From the NCBI GenBank assembly GCA_043228905.1, contig JBHGNT010000001.1, forward strand, positions 33,418,001-33,482,000: DNA of 64,000 bases, given 5' to 3'. The notes below the pieces were generated by a model. The model saw only the letters and a list, made by a program, of their open reading frames with translations, was not told the DNA's origin and searched no databases. This document shows, in pieces, positions 36,001 to 50,681 of this stretch. Every line of letters begins with the position of its first letter. Position 1 is the first letter of the stretch. Both the position numbers and the translations under genes were made by a program. This DNA is from Azolla caroliniana (Eukaryota > Plantae > Polypodiophyta).

Positions 36001-36816
36001 GTTGGTCCCAGCTACTTTGCTATAGGCTGCATCTATGACTTTATTCCTAATGAAGATTAATTTAATTAAGTACATTATAAAGATCATAATCCTAACATCG
36101 TGACAGTTAGATCACCCATTTTGAGAAACACTCACCAATAGCACATTCGGGATAAGGGATAAATTGTTTTTCATCCCACAATTCCGGATTACATTATTGG
36201 GAATAAAAAAATGCAATGCCAGCAAGAATCCATTTTTACAAAGAAATTATGACAGCATAATGGAAAATCTTACGTCGGACTACTGTGATCCCAAGAAGAA
36301 ATATTAAAAAATAGCATCGATAACCAGAGTTAAATGGTTTTCATGAAAAACCAAAGTTTCTGATTATCTTAGGAAGCATAATAAGCAAAATGCAAAATCT
36401 TATGAATATTCAATCTTCACACGATTTACATTAACGGATTGCCAACATAATCATGTGTAAATTCCTCGTTTACACTAGGAATCTCGTGAGCTTTCAAAAT
36501 ATTCCGTCTGGAGTTAAGAAGAAAAAGAATCAATAAACAAACTCTTATATGTTAGTTTGGATGGAAGTAAAAGAAATAAAGAAAAAAACTTAATAGTGGC
36601 AAATTAAAAGACCTAAACCTAGCACAGATGTTGCTAGAAAGACATGAATTAGAAGCGGGGAAGGGAAAAGTAAAAAAGCAAAGGAAAAAAACAGAGTTTA
36701 AAAACCTGGTTTTTCTCCTTTTCTTGATTTGAGTTTCTGCGACGGAACAGAAGAAGCAGAGGAATGAGGAAGAGGAGCAAAAGTGTTGGGATCAATACGA
36801 TCAATGAGTCCGCCAT
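33087..36816 (-). CDS. DDRGK1: DDRGK domain-containing protein 1 (UFBP1, ER UFMylation adaptor); exons 36816-36706, 35649-35550, 35458-35343, 35262-35161, 34892-34734, 33573-33517, 33431-33395, 33301-33087
   Basis: N-terminal TM anchor and charged coiled coil, then [46 protein letters not shown] and [34 protein letters not shown]. All exon phases join; two donors are GC. Confidence 0.95.
34994..35146. mobile_element. 153-bp Mutator-like MITE in DDRGK1 intron 4
   Basis: TIRs GGGAAACAC..AA.AATACCC / GGGTATTTTTGGTGTTTCCC. 9-bp flanking repeats TTGATATCA / TTGAAATAA (7/9 match). Confidence 0.7.
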
Positions 36817-39187
36817 CTCTCTGTGTATCTCTTTCGTCTCTGTCTGCTTTTCTCTTCTCTTTTGAGTTTATGAAGAAATTTCTGGGTTTTTTTCTCTATT
36901 CTAAGAATGCCCCTGATAACCCCGGCCCCCAAAAGACCACATAATCAAGCTGTCCCTACGCATCTTAGTGTGGTCATCCACTAAACCATGAAACCAATTA
37001 ATCAATCGTAGGAATTCTACATATGTATACAGTATATGATATGAATAGGATTTAGATCTGCAATACTAGTAAACATCAAAAGGACGGTAAGCCAAACATT
37101 AGAAACTGACGATGAGAATCGAGGTTCTCATGTAAAACAATCAATATTGCAATAATAGAATCTAAACGATTACCTACCTGGATATTCTAATCTCCAAAAC
37201 TCGTTAACTTTCTAGCATTTTCAAAGTTTCTCACGCATACAACAATATATGGGTCTCCTGCTATGTACATTCTTCTTATTATTAGAGTCAATTCAATAAA
37301 GCTTTTTATGTTGCTAAGGATCAACAATTCAAAGCTCCTCTAGTCCCATGACCTTGCATTTGTAATGTAACCTTTCACTTTCCAACCATAGAGGCCATCT
37401 CAAATATAGTAGACACAAAGGTACTAAGTGAACCTTTCAAAACAAGCTATATTGTAAGATAACATAATTACAATCCGTTAATTAGATCAGTTGTGTTACC
37501 TCTATTGCCAAATATGTGGATGTATACCATTGTATTTTGGCAATTTATTATACTACTAAACTAAACCTACAATTTATAATGATGGATCAAGTCCAATGTA
37601 TAACTACTCAACGTGCACATGGGGATGATCAAATAAATAACATGACATTCACTCAATCAACCATTAATTTGATTCAATTGAACTAGGTGGCTCTATTAAC
37701 TTTAACTAGGTTACAAGAATCAAGTTCACTAGTGGAATTATATGTCAAATCAAGTTCTTAACATTGTCCAAAACCTTCATTGCAACTATGAAAGAAATTA
37801 TTCAATACCTAGAGTTAATAATTGTGCATAAGCCCTATAATGAAAAACGTCAGATGAGGATCATCGGAGCATGTAATTAGTAAAAGAAAAATCTGGTACC
37901 CTCCAAAGATATACTCTTTAATTAATATTGTTATGCTCAATATGTGTAACATTCCTGAAGAATCATGAATAGCCAATTATCGTTGCCATGAAGAAATATA
38001 TGTCAAGAGAGACGTTATCCATGTTGCTTCTATAGTTCTTTCAATTAACAAGATTAAATACAACAACATTGGCACACATGTACATATTTGGACAGTTTTC
38101 CAGTTTTAAAACACTTGAGGGAGTTTTTCTGTGGCAAGGAGAATCCCTATTTCCATAGAGATTGGTATTTGCTTAGCTCATGAATTGTCCTTTGTCTTCA
38201 ACCTGAAATAAAAGAGAAGCAAATTCAAATAATTATGAATCTAGAATCTTTGCTATTACAGAAATATTATAGTTATGAATTGCCTTATTGGTGGCTTGGT
38301 TAGTTAGCCCATTATGTCAGCTGGTTCGGATCTTGCAAGGCACATCAGGATTCCCCACTTGATATAATTTTGCCGCCACAAAATTACACTTTAATGTTCC
38401 CACATGCTCTCTTTTTATTGCAAAAGGATGACTTTAACATTTAACCTAGTCTTAGATAAAACTTGTTCCTAGAGAATCTGGTTTTCCAAAAGATTTTTAT
38501 ATATTCCTCATCTTTTAAAGGTTGGTTGTATCCATATATCCAATCTGAGCATACTACTCCATATGGTTTCTTTTCTTTGGAATTCATTCCTGACTAGATA
38601 ATTATGCCAAGTCCAGTGAACATGATGGCTTATTTTTCTATGTTGCCCATAAGGGATTTTCCTTTTTGTTTTCTTGGGTAGCATGAAAATTTCCATAGTT
38701 CAGAAGAAGCCACACAGGGTTCACTAATAAGCACCAAATGTTTAAATGGCATTGCACACAATGGATATTTGAAATTTCTTTGAGCAAAAATTTAAAGTGT
38801 GAGGTATATTATGAAACAAGATAGACTTTGTTTTTGGTTGAGCACAGCAAGCGTCATGATTCATAAATGTAAAACTGACCCGGGAAATTGTATGCATAGG
38901 CCATCCCTCGTGAAGCCACTTGCCAACTTTAAATGCCCGGCCAAAGGTCGAAATCTGCCTATAAGAAGTACAAGACGCAGTGTCCTCTAGCTTTCCAATT
39001 AAACACAAATGAGACAGAAAAATAGATGTGATGTATGTGGTCAATGATGATGATTATAGTATGATAGCAAACATCAACACAGGTTTATGAGATATGGTAT
39101 TTTCTATCTTTATTCTCTTTGAGATTGAGAAAACCCTTTTTAGAGCAAAGATAATTTTCTTTCAGTGCTCACCAGTTGCTGAACCAT

Positions 39188-42100
39188 TCACTGGCTTATT
39201 GGAACTTTTCTCTTTCTTCCTTCACTTTTGTAGTATTTCCAACGAGCTGGAGGATATTTTCCCATGAGTTCATTTTCCTTCCCCAAAATTCCCATGTCCT
39301 TGTATGCTTCGACAACCATTGTCAATATATCTTTATCTGGTTTCACTCCATGATTTTCCATCTGTTCAAAGACCTTTAAGAACATGCACACAATTAAAAC
39401 TTTGGTTGCAACACAAAATATAATAAAGTCAAATAATAAATCATAGATCTTAATTATTAAAAACAATTTAACCACCCTACTCTGATTGAAGTCAACGACG
39501 TTGATGAATAGCACAGTAAGGGATACACAAAGAAGCACGAAACAAAGAATTAAGATTAATCGTGTACTAAAATTTAAGCTAACTTAATTTAACAAATCTA
39601 ACTTTTGAAATATATGCATGAATACTGGAAACAGGGAAGCTAAGAAGAGTAAGAAGATTATTGGTTCAATATCTAGCTGCATATATATCTATGTGAAGAA
39701 ATAGGGTGCTTTGTTCAGGTTGTCATAACGTATTAAGACAATTGGCTTTATTTATAGGGCCCTTGTGAATTGAATTACTTTGGGAAAATGCAAAGAAAAC
39801 TCAGAAATCATGAAAATAATGCAATCAAAAAACTAAAAACTACCTCAATAAGTTTTCTTGGCATCTTTCGTCTCTTGTAAATGTTCATCATCAGAGAAAA
39901 CATACTTTTGGGTGTCGATCTTGTATGTGTTGATATCAACTTTTCCCATAATGCTTCTGCGTCCTCTAACCGAGCATCCATGTCAAATGCCCTCAGCAAC
40001 AGTTCATACGTACCAAATGTCTGGCCTTGGCCCTTACTTAACATCCACTTTGATACCTGATGATAAGAAATAGATATGAGGCATTACATGCAAAGACAAT
40101 AAAAAATAAACACTGTGTGTAGGACAATGTGATGCACTACCTCTTATACGTGAATCTATTGATATAAAAAATATTTCTCTTTTACAGGCAAAACATTACA
40201 ACAAACTGCCTTTCTGTATTTTCGTCCTGAATTAGAGGCTTTAATAATAACTTTTGAAAGTAGACTTTTCAAAACAGCCTCTTGATGTCATTATGACTAG
40301 CTATCCCTTCATTATGGAATCTCTTAGATGTCATGATACTATACGTGTTGTTATTGACTAACTACCAAAATTAGCCAAATTTATTCTAACTAAAGCCGCA
40401 GTAACAGATCATAAATTGGCTTACCAATGAAAGAGGTTTCTAGACTTTGGTCTCTAAAACCCAGAAACTACATTCAGCATGAATCCTTTGGATCATGCTT
40501 AGTTTGCTGGGCTAACTGAACGAGTCAATTCAAAATTAAATGGTTGGATCAAACTATGTATGATGCCAAATAAGAGCAAGAGCAAGAGCACATTCTTCAA
40601 ATCTAGCTTCCGTGATTTGATAAGTCATTGCATACAAAAAATGAGGGAGTGTCTTACACGTACAACCTTAGGGACCAATTCTAAAGGCTAATTCGAAATG
40701 ATTTAAAGGTAGGATAAGTCTGGAAAACGATTATCCTAGGACTTAGGACAAGCCCATAAGGACCTATGAAACATGTGAACAGATGGTGATGGGAGCCCAA
40801 GGGGTTGAGCCATAAAAAAGGGACTAGTTGAACCCCTTCCCTTCATTATGAGATCTCTTAGACATTGTTGAGAATCTATAGGTGAGCCGAAGCTCTCATT
40901 ATAAGGATCCATATTTATCTCAATTTCCCAGGTATAACATAAGATCATATTCCGTGCTATATGATGTCAATGGGATTTTATGTTCCTCTAGTGTCCTTCA
41001 CTAAGGTTGGTAGGTGTGGTTAAACAACCTAAAACGTTATTTCCCTTAATCTTTTCATATATTACTTATCATTAGTTCTTGATTCATAATAATAACGAAG
41101 ACAACCTGAATAATTCTTTGCCACTGTTGTTGATGCTTCAATGTTTTCAAAGCCTTGCCAACAGCAATAATAGGAAATTCGACCTCAAACGCAACCCATT
41201 CATCTAATGCTGAATAGATTTCCTCTTTGACATTAGATAAAGACATTACCTACATCATGAGAATACAATTCATAGTTATGTGCCTATCTTTTACCTAATG
41301 AAATATTTCCTTGGGACATATGGAGGCTATTATTACGGTATCAGATGTAACATACAATTTCAACAAGCGTTTTCCCCTTGGTTCCTGAAGCTGATTGGGC
41401 AGTTCTTTTGAAAAGATGATATTGTCTCTTATGCCATTGGGGAGATGGTTCCTCTACATGTTTTGCTCCCTTTTTATGTGACTCCTGCAAAATTTTCAAA
41501 GAAACTAAATGAAAAAACAGGGTCACCAAAAACAGCATTTAACACAAATTTACAAAGATATCTTTTAGATCAAATTGATTGTGTTAGATAGAAGCCCTGA
41601 TAAGTAAAGAGAGAAGTTTGCTTTCTTTATTCCTAAGGATGACTGATATGTTTGATAATATAACCTTAGACATCTTTTACTAGATAGCCTTAATTATTAC
41701 AAACATTTTATAAGGGGAAGAAATTCGTAACATTAAATACCCAAGTACTAGGTCTATCAATTTCAGGTTCATTCATGACGCACTGGAAAACAAATTATAT
41801 AAAGAAGTTTATTTCATGGCACTTAATGATTAGTTCATTGGAACAGATGATGGGAAAGTAACTGGCACAGTGTAATTTTACTGTTTGATCCCAGACCTTT
41901 TCCGGCCAATGTGTGAAAAGGTAGGAATTCGTCCCATGCAAAATTTGAAAATTTTCAGAATTTAGTTAGTAGGTGTTTCCCAGTCGACTTTTAAGCAGGT
42001 CATTTTTGCAAAATTTACCCTAAGATTAGAAATTCTTTCCTGCTTCCTGTTCTCCCTCTATTTCAGAATCATGCATCATGTCTTTGCAAACTCCAACTTC

Positions 42101-42985
42101 TTCCCTCTTCCGTCTTCAGGCCTCTCCTATTATAAATCTATTAACTCTCTATTCGTCATCATGGAGATGACAATCACAATGAAAACAGTTGGAAAACTGA
42201 AGCAACCCTCTTGCACAATGCCATGACTCTATAAATGTTTGTCAATGAACTACCGAGGATGCCCATACTTGAAGACTTGGCATGGTTTCCACCATCACAA
42301 GTGTTTACTTAAGGCAAGTTGAAGGAAGAGGCAATAGTGTCCGAGGCAATGCATAGTGTGAAGGTATATGTGAGGTGGGTAAATTGACTACCAAACCATC
42401 ACATCGTTTATGTTAATGACACATTGTATTGATGAATGGAAATGCGTTGTATTACTTGAAGGTTAGAGAAAGAAATGCAGATTCAGGATTATCAATGATA
42501 GAAACTCGATATTCAAATCTAGGCATGTGATTATGATAAAGATGGGCACCTTGTTTACATTAGCCTATAATTTTGGATTATCTTGCCATCAAAATTAGTC
42601 ATAAAACAAAATAAGTAAAACAAAAGGAAGTAAGACAAAAGCTCAAGGATTATCAATGCAATTTGCTTCTTTCAACGAGTATATCAATGCAAGAAATACT
42701 AAGTAATAGCAACTTGCCTGAAGGGAAGCTCTAGCAAGTAGGCAATAGGAACTTGTTGATAGAACAAACAGTGTGGATCCCTTGGTTAGCATGGCTTGTG
42801 GCCTATTACACCATCAATAAGTATGTAGCGTAAAACTTGGGTTGCCATAGTAACATAGCATGTACATGAGGCGTGGGCCAGAATTTTATCTCTACTGACC
42901 TGTTGAGAGCTGTGCTCACTGAAAGGGATATCTGGCAGTAATTTGATTTTGTACATCCTGTTCTCCAAAAGCATTGCTCCATCAT
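39188..42985 (-). CDS. Short P-class PPR protein, At4g18975/At4g21190(EMB1417)-like; core exons 41484-41356, 41249-41106, 40056-39844, 39373-39188; tentative N-terminal exons 42985-42900 and 42802-42718; upstream exon 45974-45870
   Basis: SGTKG..LV..VMSLSNVKEEIYSALDEWVAFEVEFPIIA..KAL..L....QW.RIIQVSKWMLSKGQGQTFGTY..LL.AFDMD.R..AEALW.....HTRS.P..VFE.ME..GVKPD matches this family. Core junctions are phase 0 GT-AG. Confidence 0.88.
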
Positions 42986-43989
42986 TGATTCTGAAATACA
43001 ACAATGATTTCTTCAGATAACATATTAACCCACAAAAGATCCTATAGAACCATTAAGGCAGGATTTGTACAAAGGTGGCAACATTTTTGCAACATGCATT
43101 AAAACCACCATCAATCACCTTCTGCCTAGAAATGCTTTACACAATTATAGCTTCCAAGACTTTGAATGCCTCTTGTGTTTATTTATGGAGATCTACTCAA
43201 GGATCACTTCCAAGCCTTATGTACTTCTCAACAACTTGAGCATGCAACAGACATTATCTCTTGTACTAATACAGACTAAATGCCATAACTCTATACAAAC
43301 ATTGAAAACAACCTGAGAGGTAAAACCATAATAAAACCACCAAGTTAGCTAAATTCACCACAGGACCTACTAAGACTTATTTCCACATCTTGGAAATTAG
43401 ATTACTTCTTAACAAGGAAGGTGACACCATATTGCCTCAATGACTGGCACCCCTGTTGGTAATTCTTTATTGATAATAAATAGACAAGCATACAAAAAGA
43501 GAGACTGAACACAGTTCACAAAGTAAGCTACATCAAAACTGGAACCTAAATGTACAAATTCCAAGGTACTCTACAATGAGGACAATAGAAAAAAGAGCAA
43601 TACAGCAATGGCACCTGCAGATTTCAGCATTCTAAAATTACTCCATTTGGGCTGCAGTGACCTAAAGTGCATGCCTACCTGTACATGATAATGAATGACA
43701 TAGGGCAGTAGTGTCTAGCTCACACTATTTGTGCCAACATCAACCCAGATGTATCTTTAGTTTGAACCCAGATTATATACACGTTTCAGAATATAACAAT
43801 GGACAATAATGTACACATGTGTCTGAGCTATAATATATGTACTTAGTTGAAAGAAGTTTACAAAAGATTCCTAAGTAGAGTTAAACAAACAACCTCTATA
43901 GTTTTGATATTATGGGGAAAAAACAAATAGAAGTTAGTTTAATCAATCTTATTTAAGCAATCGTGGCTTCTCTCTGCAATGAAACAAGT

Positions 43990-44450
43990 GTTCCCTGCCT
44001 TACCTTTCCAAATCACAAGATTACCCAACCAGTGAGTGCAAACACACGAAGATGATAAATTGCTGGTTTCTTTTTGTTTAGTTTCCGACTTTCCAAAGAT
44101 AAACTTAACCTTCTTCTAAGATTCAGCAATATTTCACACATACTCGACTGCCTCAGAAACGTATTTGTAGGCAAAGGATCCGCGGACTTTCCTCTCTCTA
44201 ATAGCTCAAAAGGATCTCTCATTGCTGAAAAATGCGTTGTATTATTGTAGGCATATTTAACTAATGAAAAATAGTGTTCCAAGTGTGTCTATGCACTCAG
44301 CAGTTAGATTTAAGAAAATCTAAACTAGTAGATTTGGCTTCTTCTGACCGAATCAGGCTTGTGGCAGTCCTTACCTACAGCTTATCAGGGATGGACAAAG
44401 GTTGCAACAATTATGCACTCGTCTGGAAAAATATTTGGTTTGCTTCTTGG
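43990..44450 (-). mobile_element. Highly degenerate Ty3/gypsy integrase remnant in an intron
   Basis: SLVKYAYNNTTHFSA..DPFEL resembles the gypsy integrase LPLVEFAYNNxxHSSTxxSPFE motif. An LLQPLSIP-like remnant lies near 44400. Confidence 0.55.
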
Positions 44451-45393
44451 ACTTCTGTTCTGTCTTTTTTCATTTGTACTAGTGTCCTTTAGTTGAAGAC
44501 AATAAGAAGCATATTATCTTAAATCTTCATACGTAAAAAAGTTCCTTCTTTAGTGATGTTTTTTTCTTGACAAATCTTCCCGATGGAATTCCTTTTTTAT
44601 CCTTTTCCTTGGATGAAACGGTGCTCATATGGCTTCGTCGACTTGAAGAACTTTCTACCATGAGGCCCAATTCAAAAGTGTTCCCCAACCATGTAGATGA
44701 GAAAGCTTGTCTAAATTAGACCCATAAAGAATATGCAAACGCATAACCCTTCGAGAAGGTGCCTCTCTTGTTTGCTACATGATACAATAGTGCCTAATTT
44801 CTTTGGGTAAACCGCGATAATAATTTTCAATTTGTTCAGATTATGAAACTGCCTGGAAACAGCTAGTCAACGTGCAAGAATAACTTGCAACCTATTGCAT
44901 TATAACGAACCTATATCAAGCTCTAAGATCTCATCAATGCATGTTGCAATGATAATTTCCAATGTTTCATCATGATACAACTATTGGTAGCCATGAATCC
45001 CTTACTGGGAACATCGTGACTACTAAGAATACCCTTATTAGGAGTAAACACCTCATACCATTGCCTGAACTAAATGTGGTTACTGTAACATGCAGCATGA
45101 GTTTTTCCAAAAGGATGAAAAATTTGAAGTTGAGGAAATGCCATGCAGGTAAAATAATTAATTATGTGTGTATGTTAGAGTAACTAGAACTTCATGAGTT
45201 CAATGCACAGTACCGGTGTGAAATGTTACCTAGGGCTTCAAAAGAAAGGGTTTCTCCAGACCACTGAGCTTGGAGATGACAACTGTTTAACATATTTGGA
45301 TGTTAAAATTATGCACATACATGTGTGTATATACACAAATATGCCTATGCATTGGCAAAGACTCCCTCTTGTGCAGATGCAATGCATTTGGAT

Positions 45394-45396
<3 letters not shown>

Positions 45397-45429
<33 letters not shown>
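45397..45429. repeat. (CA)n microsatellite
   Basis: Directly visible. Confidence 0.9.
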
Positions 45430-45431
<2 letters not shown>

Positions 45432-47452
45432 ATGCAAGGCATTTTCATGTGCACGCAAACATGTCATGCGTTCGCATTTGCATACACACGAGCACATGCA
45501 TAAGCATTTGCACTACAGAGTTTGGAAATGACATTTGTTAAACAGATTTGGAAGTTGACATTAGGCACATACATGCACGTGTGTATATATACATGCACCT
45601 AGGCGCCTAGGCACATGTGTATATATACCCGCATAGGCATATGCATTTGCATACACACGCGCATAAATCTGAGTCATTTGCATGTGTACACACACATATG
45701 CATACACAATTTGCATTTGCATAGACACAAGCACGTACATACAGACACACACACACAACAACAACAACAACAACAAAAAACGCAAGCTCAAAATACAGTC
45801 TTTCGAATACTTTTTTTAATAAAGAATGTTTCAGGAAAACAGAGGGGTGGTAAAGAGAAGAGAGCGTACCTGCACAAGCTTTCTTCTCTGCGTTCGAGAA
45901 GGAGAGATCGGGAGCTCGAAAGGATAAAGGAAGTGGTTATAGCGCTGCGCTAGAGAAATGCAAAGATGGAGCATGTGATTCCGTAGATACTCAGCTATTA
46001 CTTCTTATTCTTCTTATTGTGTCCGGTGAGATAGCTTCATTTTTATTCAGATACATATACATACATACATATTCTCTTGTAAGAATTTGTTCATGTCTAG
46101 CCCGCTCTTCCTCTCGATGTCCTTCTTAATGGATAAAGTGTCATGTTTGTTCGGCCACTGAGCCCCCCCCCCATGGGTCTCAGTGTGCCATCCCACTTTT
46201 CCTGGTAAATTTGCAAGGAATATGGTTTCTGGATATCCTCGTTGAGCTCTATGAGAAAGATGTGGTGCCAATGAAGAGTCGCTCGCCCTGTGTTCTTCAA
46301 GGTCATTTCTTACAATACTTCAATCAACTCCAGCATAAAAAGATTAAGTATGATGGTGACCAATGAATGACCAGGGAAGGTGTTGCATTTGTTTCTTCAA
46401 GAACCAACATAAACCGATTTCTAATATTTGATATGTACCTTGTTATCATGTAGAATTAAAATATAGTGTTCAAACATGTGTAGTCGTGTTTGTAGTAATA
46501 TTGACTCACATCTACATCAATTATTACATTACTCACAACCATGTCATTCCAGCATTAAAAGATAATTACGATAGTGAGGTGTAGCATTTGAATTGTTAAG
46601 CATCTAAATAAACCAAATTCTAAGACATGATGCATGTCTTGTTAACATCCAATAGTATTGTAGGAGTGAAACTTAGCTAGGTTTCAAGTTGCAACATCGT
46701 ATCGTCAATAGTATATAGGTGGGCAATGGGATTCAAATATCAATCACATTATAGTAGGCACATACACGTGAATATATGAAGATGCCATTATTGTTAGTGA
46801 TTGTCGTGTGGTGTTTATTGTCAGAGATTTAGAAGTGCAATACCATTCAAGAAAATGCTTAATATCTAAACGTTTGAGATTTCAAAGCATTTGTAAAGTT
46901 TACGATACACAATCTCATAACATAACCCACTAGATGATGGTTGACCATATATGGTAGCATTGAAGACCATACAATTCCTACACATTTGGTATAGCATTGA
47001 TATAAGATATCTTGCCATAATGAACTATTTAGAGATGACCATCACTAAAATATCAATCTTTGCATTGAAAACTTTATTCTTTTTTACGTAACTAGTATTG
47101 CGCTTTAGTTTAGTTGACTAGTGTTTTTTATCCGAGTTAGATCATGCTTACACTTGCTTGCTTAATTGATACTATTAGAATACACACGAAGGAAGCAACT
47201 GAAAAATTTATTAGTCGTAAGTACATATTGCATGTAGATATGTATGGTCGACGACCAGGAAAACTTGTGAAATTAACGTTAACGAGGCCAAAACTAAACG
47301 TAAGAACCAACAAATTCCCTACATTTTCTTTGGTGCCACCCAACCGAGTAATTACGGAGCAACAACTTTCCATCTCCTTTGACGAGAGCAGCACATCCTC
47401 GTGATTCAAAAAAAAGGGGGGGGGGGGGGGGGGGGGGTCAGACAATTGGGTC

Positions 47453-49242
47453 TCAAACGATATTATTGTTTGCAAACTCTCTCGGTTTCTCCACGAGACT
47501 TAGTGATCCACGGCCATTGGATTTACAAGTCCCCGCGTGGTCGACAACGTTGTCGTCGATGCCGACAAGCTTGGACGTTGCCGCAGATTTGCCGTGCTTG
47601 CGATATATTCCATAGAGTACGATTTGCAGGATGCCAAAGATCACTCCTAGTGCATTGGGAATCTATAGGGAAAGACCAAGCAAGAGGACAATTGTTTCCA
47701 TGATCAAAAAGGGCAAAAAAAAAGATTGTAAAACATGGAAAGAACTCCATAATTATTTACTTACCATCATCATCATCATATTATAATTATTATTATTGCA
47801 CTTAGGACATTAGGAATTAAACTATCCATGATCACCATTGATTAAATTTGATGTATGTATGACTTACAATGATGAAGGGGTCCTTCTTAATGACACCGTA
47901 TAGGCCCCACAGACAGGAGTTGATGAGGGTGCACAGCGACAGCAGGAATGGCATGGACTCCACGCTCTTACTTTGAATCACCAGTTTCTATCAAAACCAA
48001 AATCAAATCATATAATGATTGATTAATGAAGACGAAGCCACTACACAGATTTTTTGCCACTGAAAAATCATTGTTTTGCTGCTGCTCGCAGAGATGATTA
48101 CTGTACTGCAAACAGCATTACATAATGAATGGATCTTGCAAAGATCTTCAAACGCACACAGACACAACAAAACGATATCTTTTTACGTAGATTAATGGAA
48201 AAACTGTCGAACAAGACAAGACGAAGATCGAGGAGCAGTAAGTGAGTTACCATGACGGACAAGGGTGCCGCATACATGGCTGTGTTGAGCACCGCAGCGA
48301 TGGTCCCCACGAACAATTCTCGCTTGGCGATCGGGAGCACTGTGAGTGTAAGTGCGATCATGACACCGTAGAATACTAAGATGACGGCGATGGTGGCGAT
48401 CATTTTCATCTGCACCGGCATCACATCAGAAGCATTAGAACTGGTACCAAATCCACGATTTGGTTTGCCGCACAGGTCGAGTGAGCGAGAGAGGAAAAGA
48501 AAGAAAGAAAATGGACTCACTCGTGCTTTCCCTAGAGAGCATGGGATGAAGATGAGGAGGTAGAGCGTCTCCATCCCGACGCCGAAGCCATTGATGGTGA
48601 TGACCAGCATGTTGTTCTGAGTGACGATGGGGAGGCCGTAGAAGATCCAGATGAGGCAGTTGCCGAAGGAGCAGGCGTACGGCACACCGGAGTACGACCC
48701 CGACGACTTCTTTCGCACTATCTCCCAGAAGGTGGGCCTGTACTTATCACAGATCGCAGCACACACAGAAGTTAAGCTCAATCATATGAGTGAAGGGAGA
48801 ACCTTTTAACACAGCAATTGCAGTGTGCACCGCACGCATATGTGTATGTACATGTCCATACATAACGTATCGAATGTAACATGGATACATCTGAAGTTAC
48901 TACTATTACTACTCCTAGTAGTAACAGCAACAGTGAAGTTACTTACAGTGGCGAGATAAACAGCATCACTGCCGTGATGTTTCCTGCAATCACCAAAACA
49001 TCCATTTGTGTGAATAATCAATTGTATGCATATTCTCTCTATCTTTCTCTGCACATATTCCTTGTAGCTAGCTAGGATGGTGTCAAGAAGAACACAAAGA
49101 CATTTCAGAATTTAGGTTAAGTTCTGTATAACGATCAGCATTCATTAGCTGGTACTTACTGATGTTGTTACAACCATATTTCTGCATGAATTAAACTAAA
49201 TCGCGTACCTAGGATGCCGATGATGGTCAAGATGAGCTCCAT
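47453..49242 (-). CDS. SWEET: SWEET (MtN3/saliva) sugar transporter; exons 49242-49209, 48983-48947, 48737-48521, 48409-48251, 47987-47868, 47662-47453
   Basis: GILGNITAVMLFISPLPTFWEIVRKKS...YSGVPY..NCLIWIFYGLP..LVITING.G, MYAAPLSVMKLVIQSKSVESMPFLLS, W..YG..KDPFIIIPNALG...G..Q..LY. Canonical 6-exon SWEET structure with consistent phases. Confidence 0.96.
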
Positions 49243-49620
49243 ATCTCTATTGATCAAATGTTAACAGCCGTACTGGGGTTGATAAATCGGCCGTGTGGAA
49301 GGAACAAGATGTGGTGCAAGTTAATTAACGCAAGAGCTTTACAAAATTTGTCGGATTTGATGATGGACGGATGATGGATCAGGTGTGGGGTATATTGTTG
49401 GGATCAAGGAAGAAGAAAGCCCTAGCGCATTGTTGTGCGCTAGTAGCAAAGAGATCAATTGACGATGCAGGTATGAATGTATGAATGGGGGGTGGGTTAT
49501 GCTATGCTGTATGGAAAAGTAGTGAAAGATGGAGCGAGCAAAGCAGCAGTAGCAGTGGCAATGGCAGGAGTATAGCGATACTGATGGCATTTCTTCTCAT
49601 CTATTTATACCCGGCACGTC

Positions 49621-49690
49621 TGTATGCATGTATACGTCTATGTATGTATTGTATCTACTATGTATGACTCTATGTATGTATGTATGTATG

Positions 49691-49724
<34 letters not shown>

Positions 49725-49730
49725 TGTATG

Positions 49731-49764
<34 letters not shown>

Positions 49765-49766
49765 TG

Positions 49767-49800
<34 letters not shown>

Positions 49801-49817
49801 TGTATGTATGTATGTAT
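49621..49817. repeat. (TATG)n microsatellite in the SWEET upstream region
   Basis: Directly visible. Confidence 0.95.
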
Positions 49818-50016
49818 CGAGTTTTAATGTGTCATTTGGCCGATTTGCATAGGAGTGCCTCTAAGCCAATAATAGTACATGTAAATGGTAATGGCAACGT
49901 AATGCTCTATTTTATTTAATTTTTTAAAGAAGATATCTTGTCATTACTGTACTAATCATTTTACAATATTTTAAACTCTAATATGTGATCGACGGGTGAA
50001 AGAACCATTTCGGAGG

Positions 50017-50127
50017 GATGGGACCTAAGGAAGAATGCACCAGATCAATGGTAGCTTGATGGTAGGTCAATTTTTTGTAATGTTGTTCATAACTAATGAA
50101 AGGATATTTTTCCCGGAAAAAAAAAAA
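50017..50127 (+). mobile_element. Extremely 5'-truncated LINE tail with poly(A) and 14-bp TSD
   Basis: AACCATTTCGGAGG at 50003-50016 and 50128-50141. Poly(A) tail. Homologous to the element at 50682-50889. Confidence 0.85.
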
Positions 50128-50681
50128 AACCATTTCGGAGGTTGAAAATGCCAATAAGGAGTGCCGTAATTGGATGTCATGAATGGAGTAGTTGTCCAGA
50201 CAATAAGAAACTCATGTTGTCAAGCAATTTTAGCATTAGAATCTCCAACTATACCATCCCATTGACCCTTTAAAGTGTGAACTATGTCTTAAACCAAATA
50301 TTTGAAACCAATTGAGTTGGTGATGTTTTAAGTTGATCGAAAATAAGAGAGCATTGAGCCTTCCATATGTGATACACAATTGTACTACATAGTATCTCCC
50401 ATACTAGTTGGCCTTCCCTCTGTATTCCTGAAAATTGGTTGGAAAACATAATGCTCAATTCACCACACTTCCTCTCTTGTTATATACTAAGTTGACACCC
50501 TATTATGCAAGTCTAAGGCAATGTGTGTGTAGAATACATAGAAACAACATCGAACAATGTCATCGTAGATTTGTATGTCATCCACCAACATATGTAATTG
50601 TAATATATGTCACCGTCATATCAACACATTGCAACGTGACACAATATTTGTTGACATATTGGAGTACTCTATAAGCTTGTT

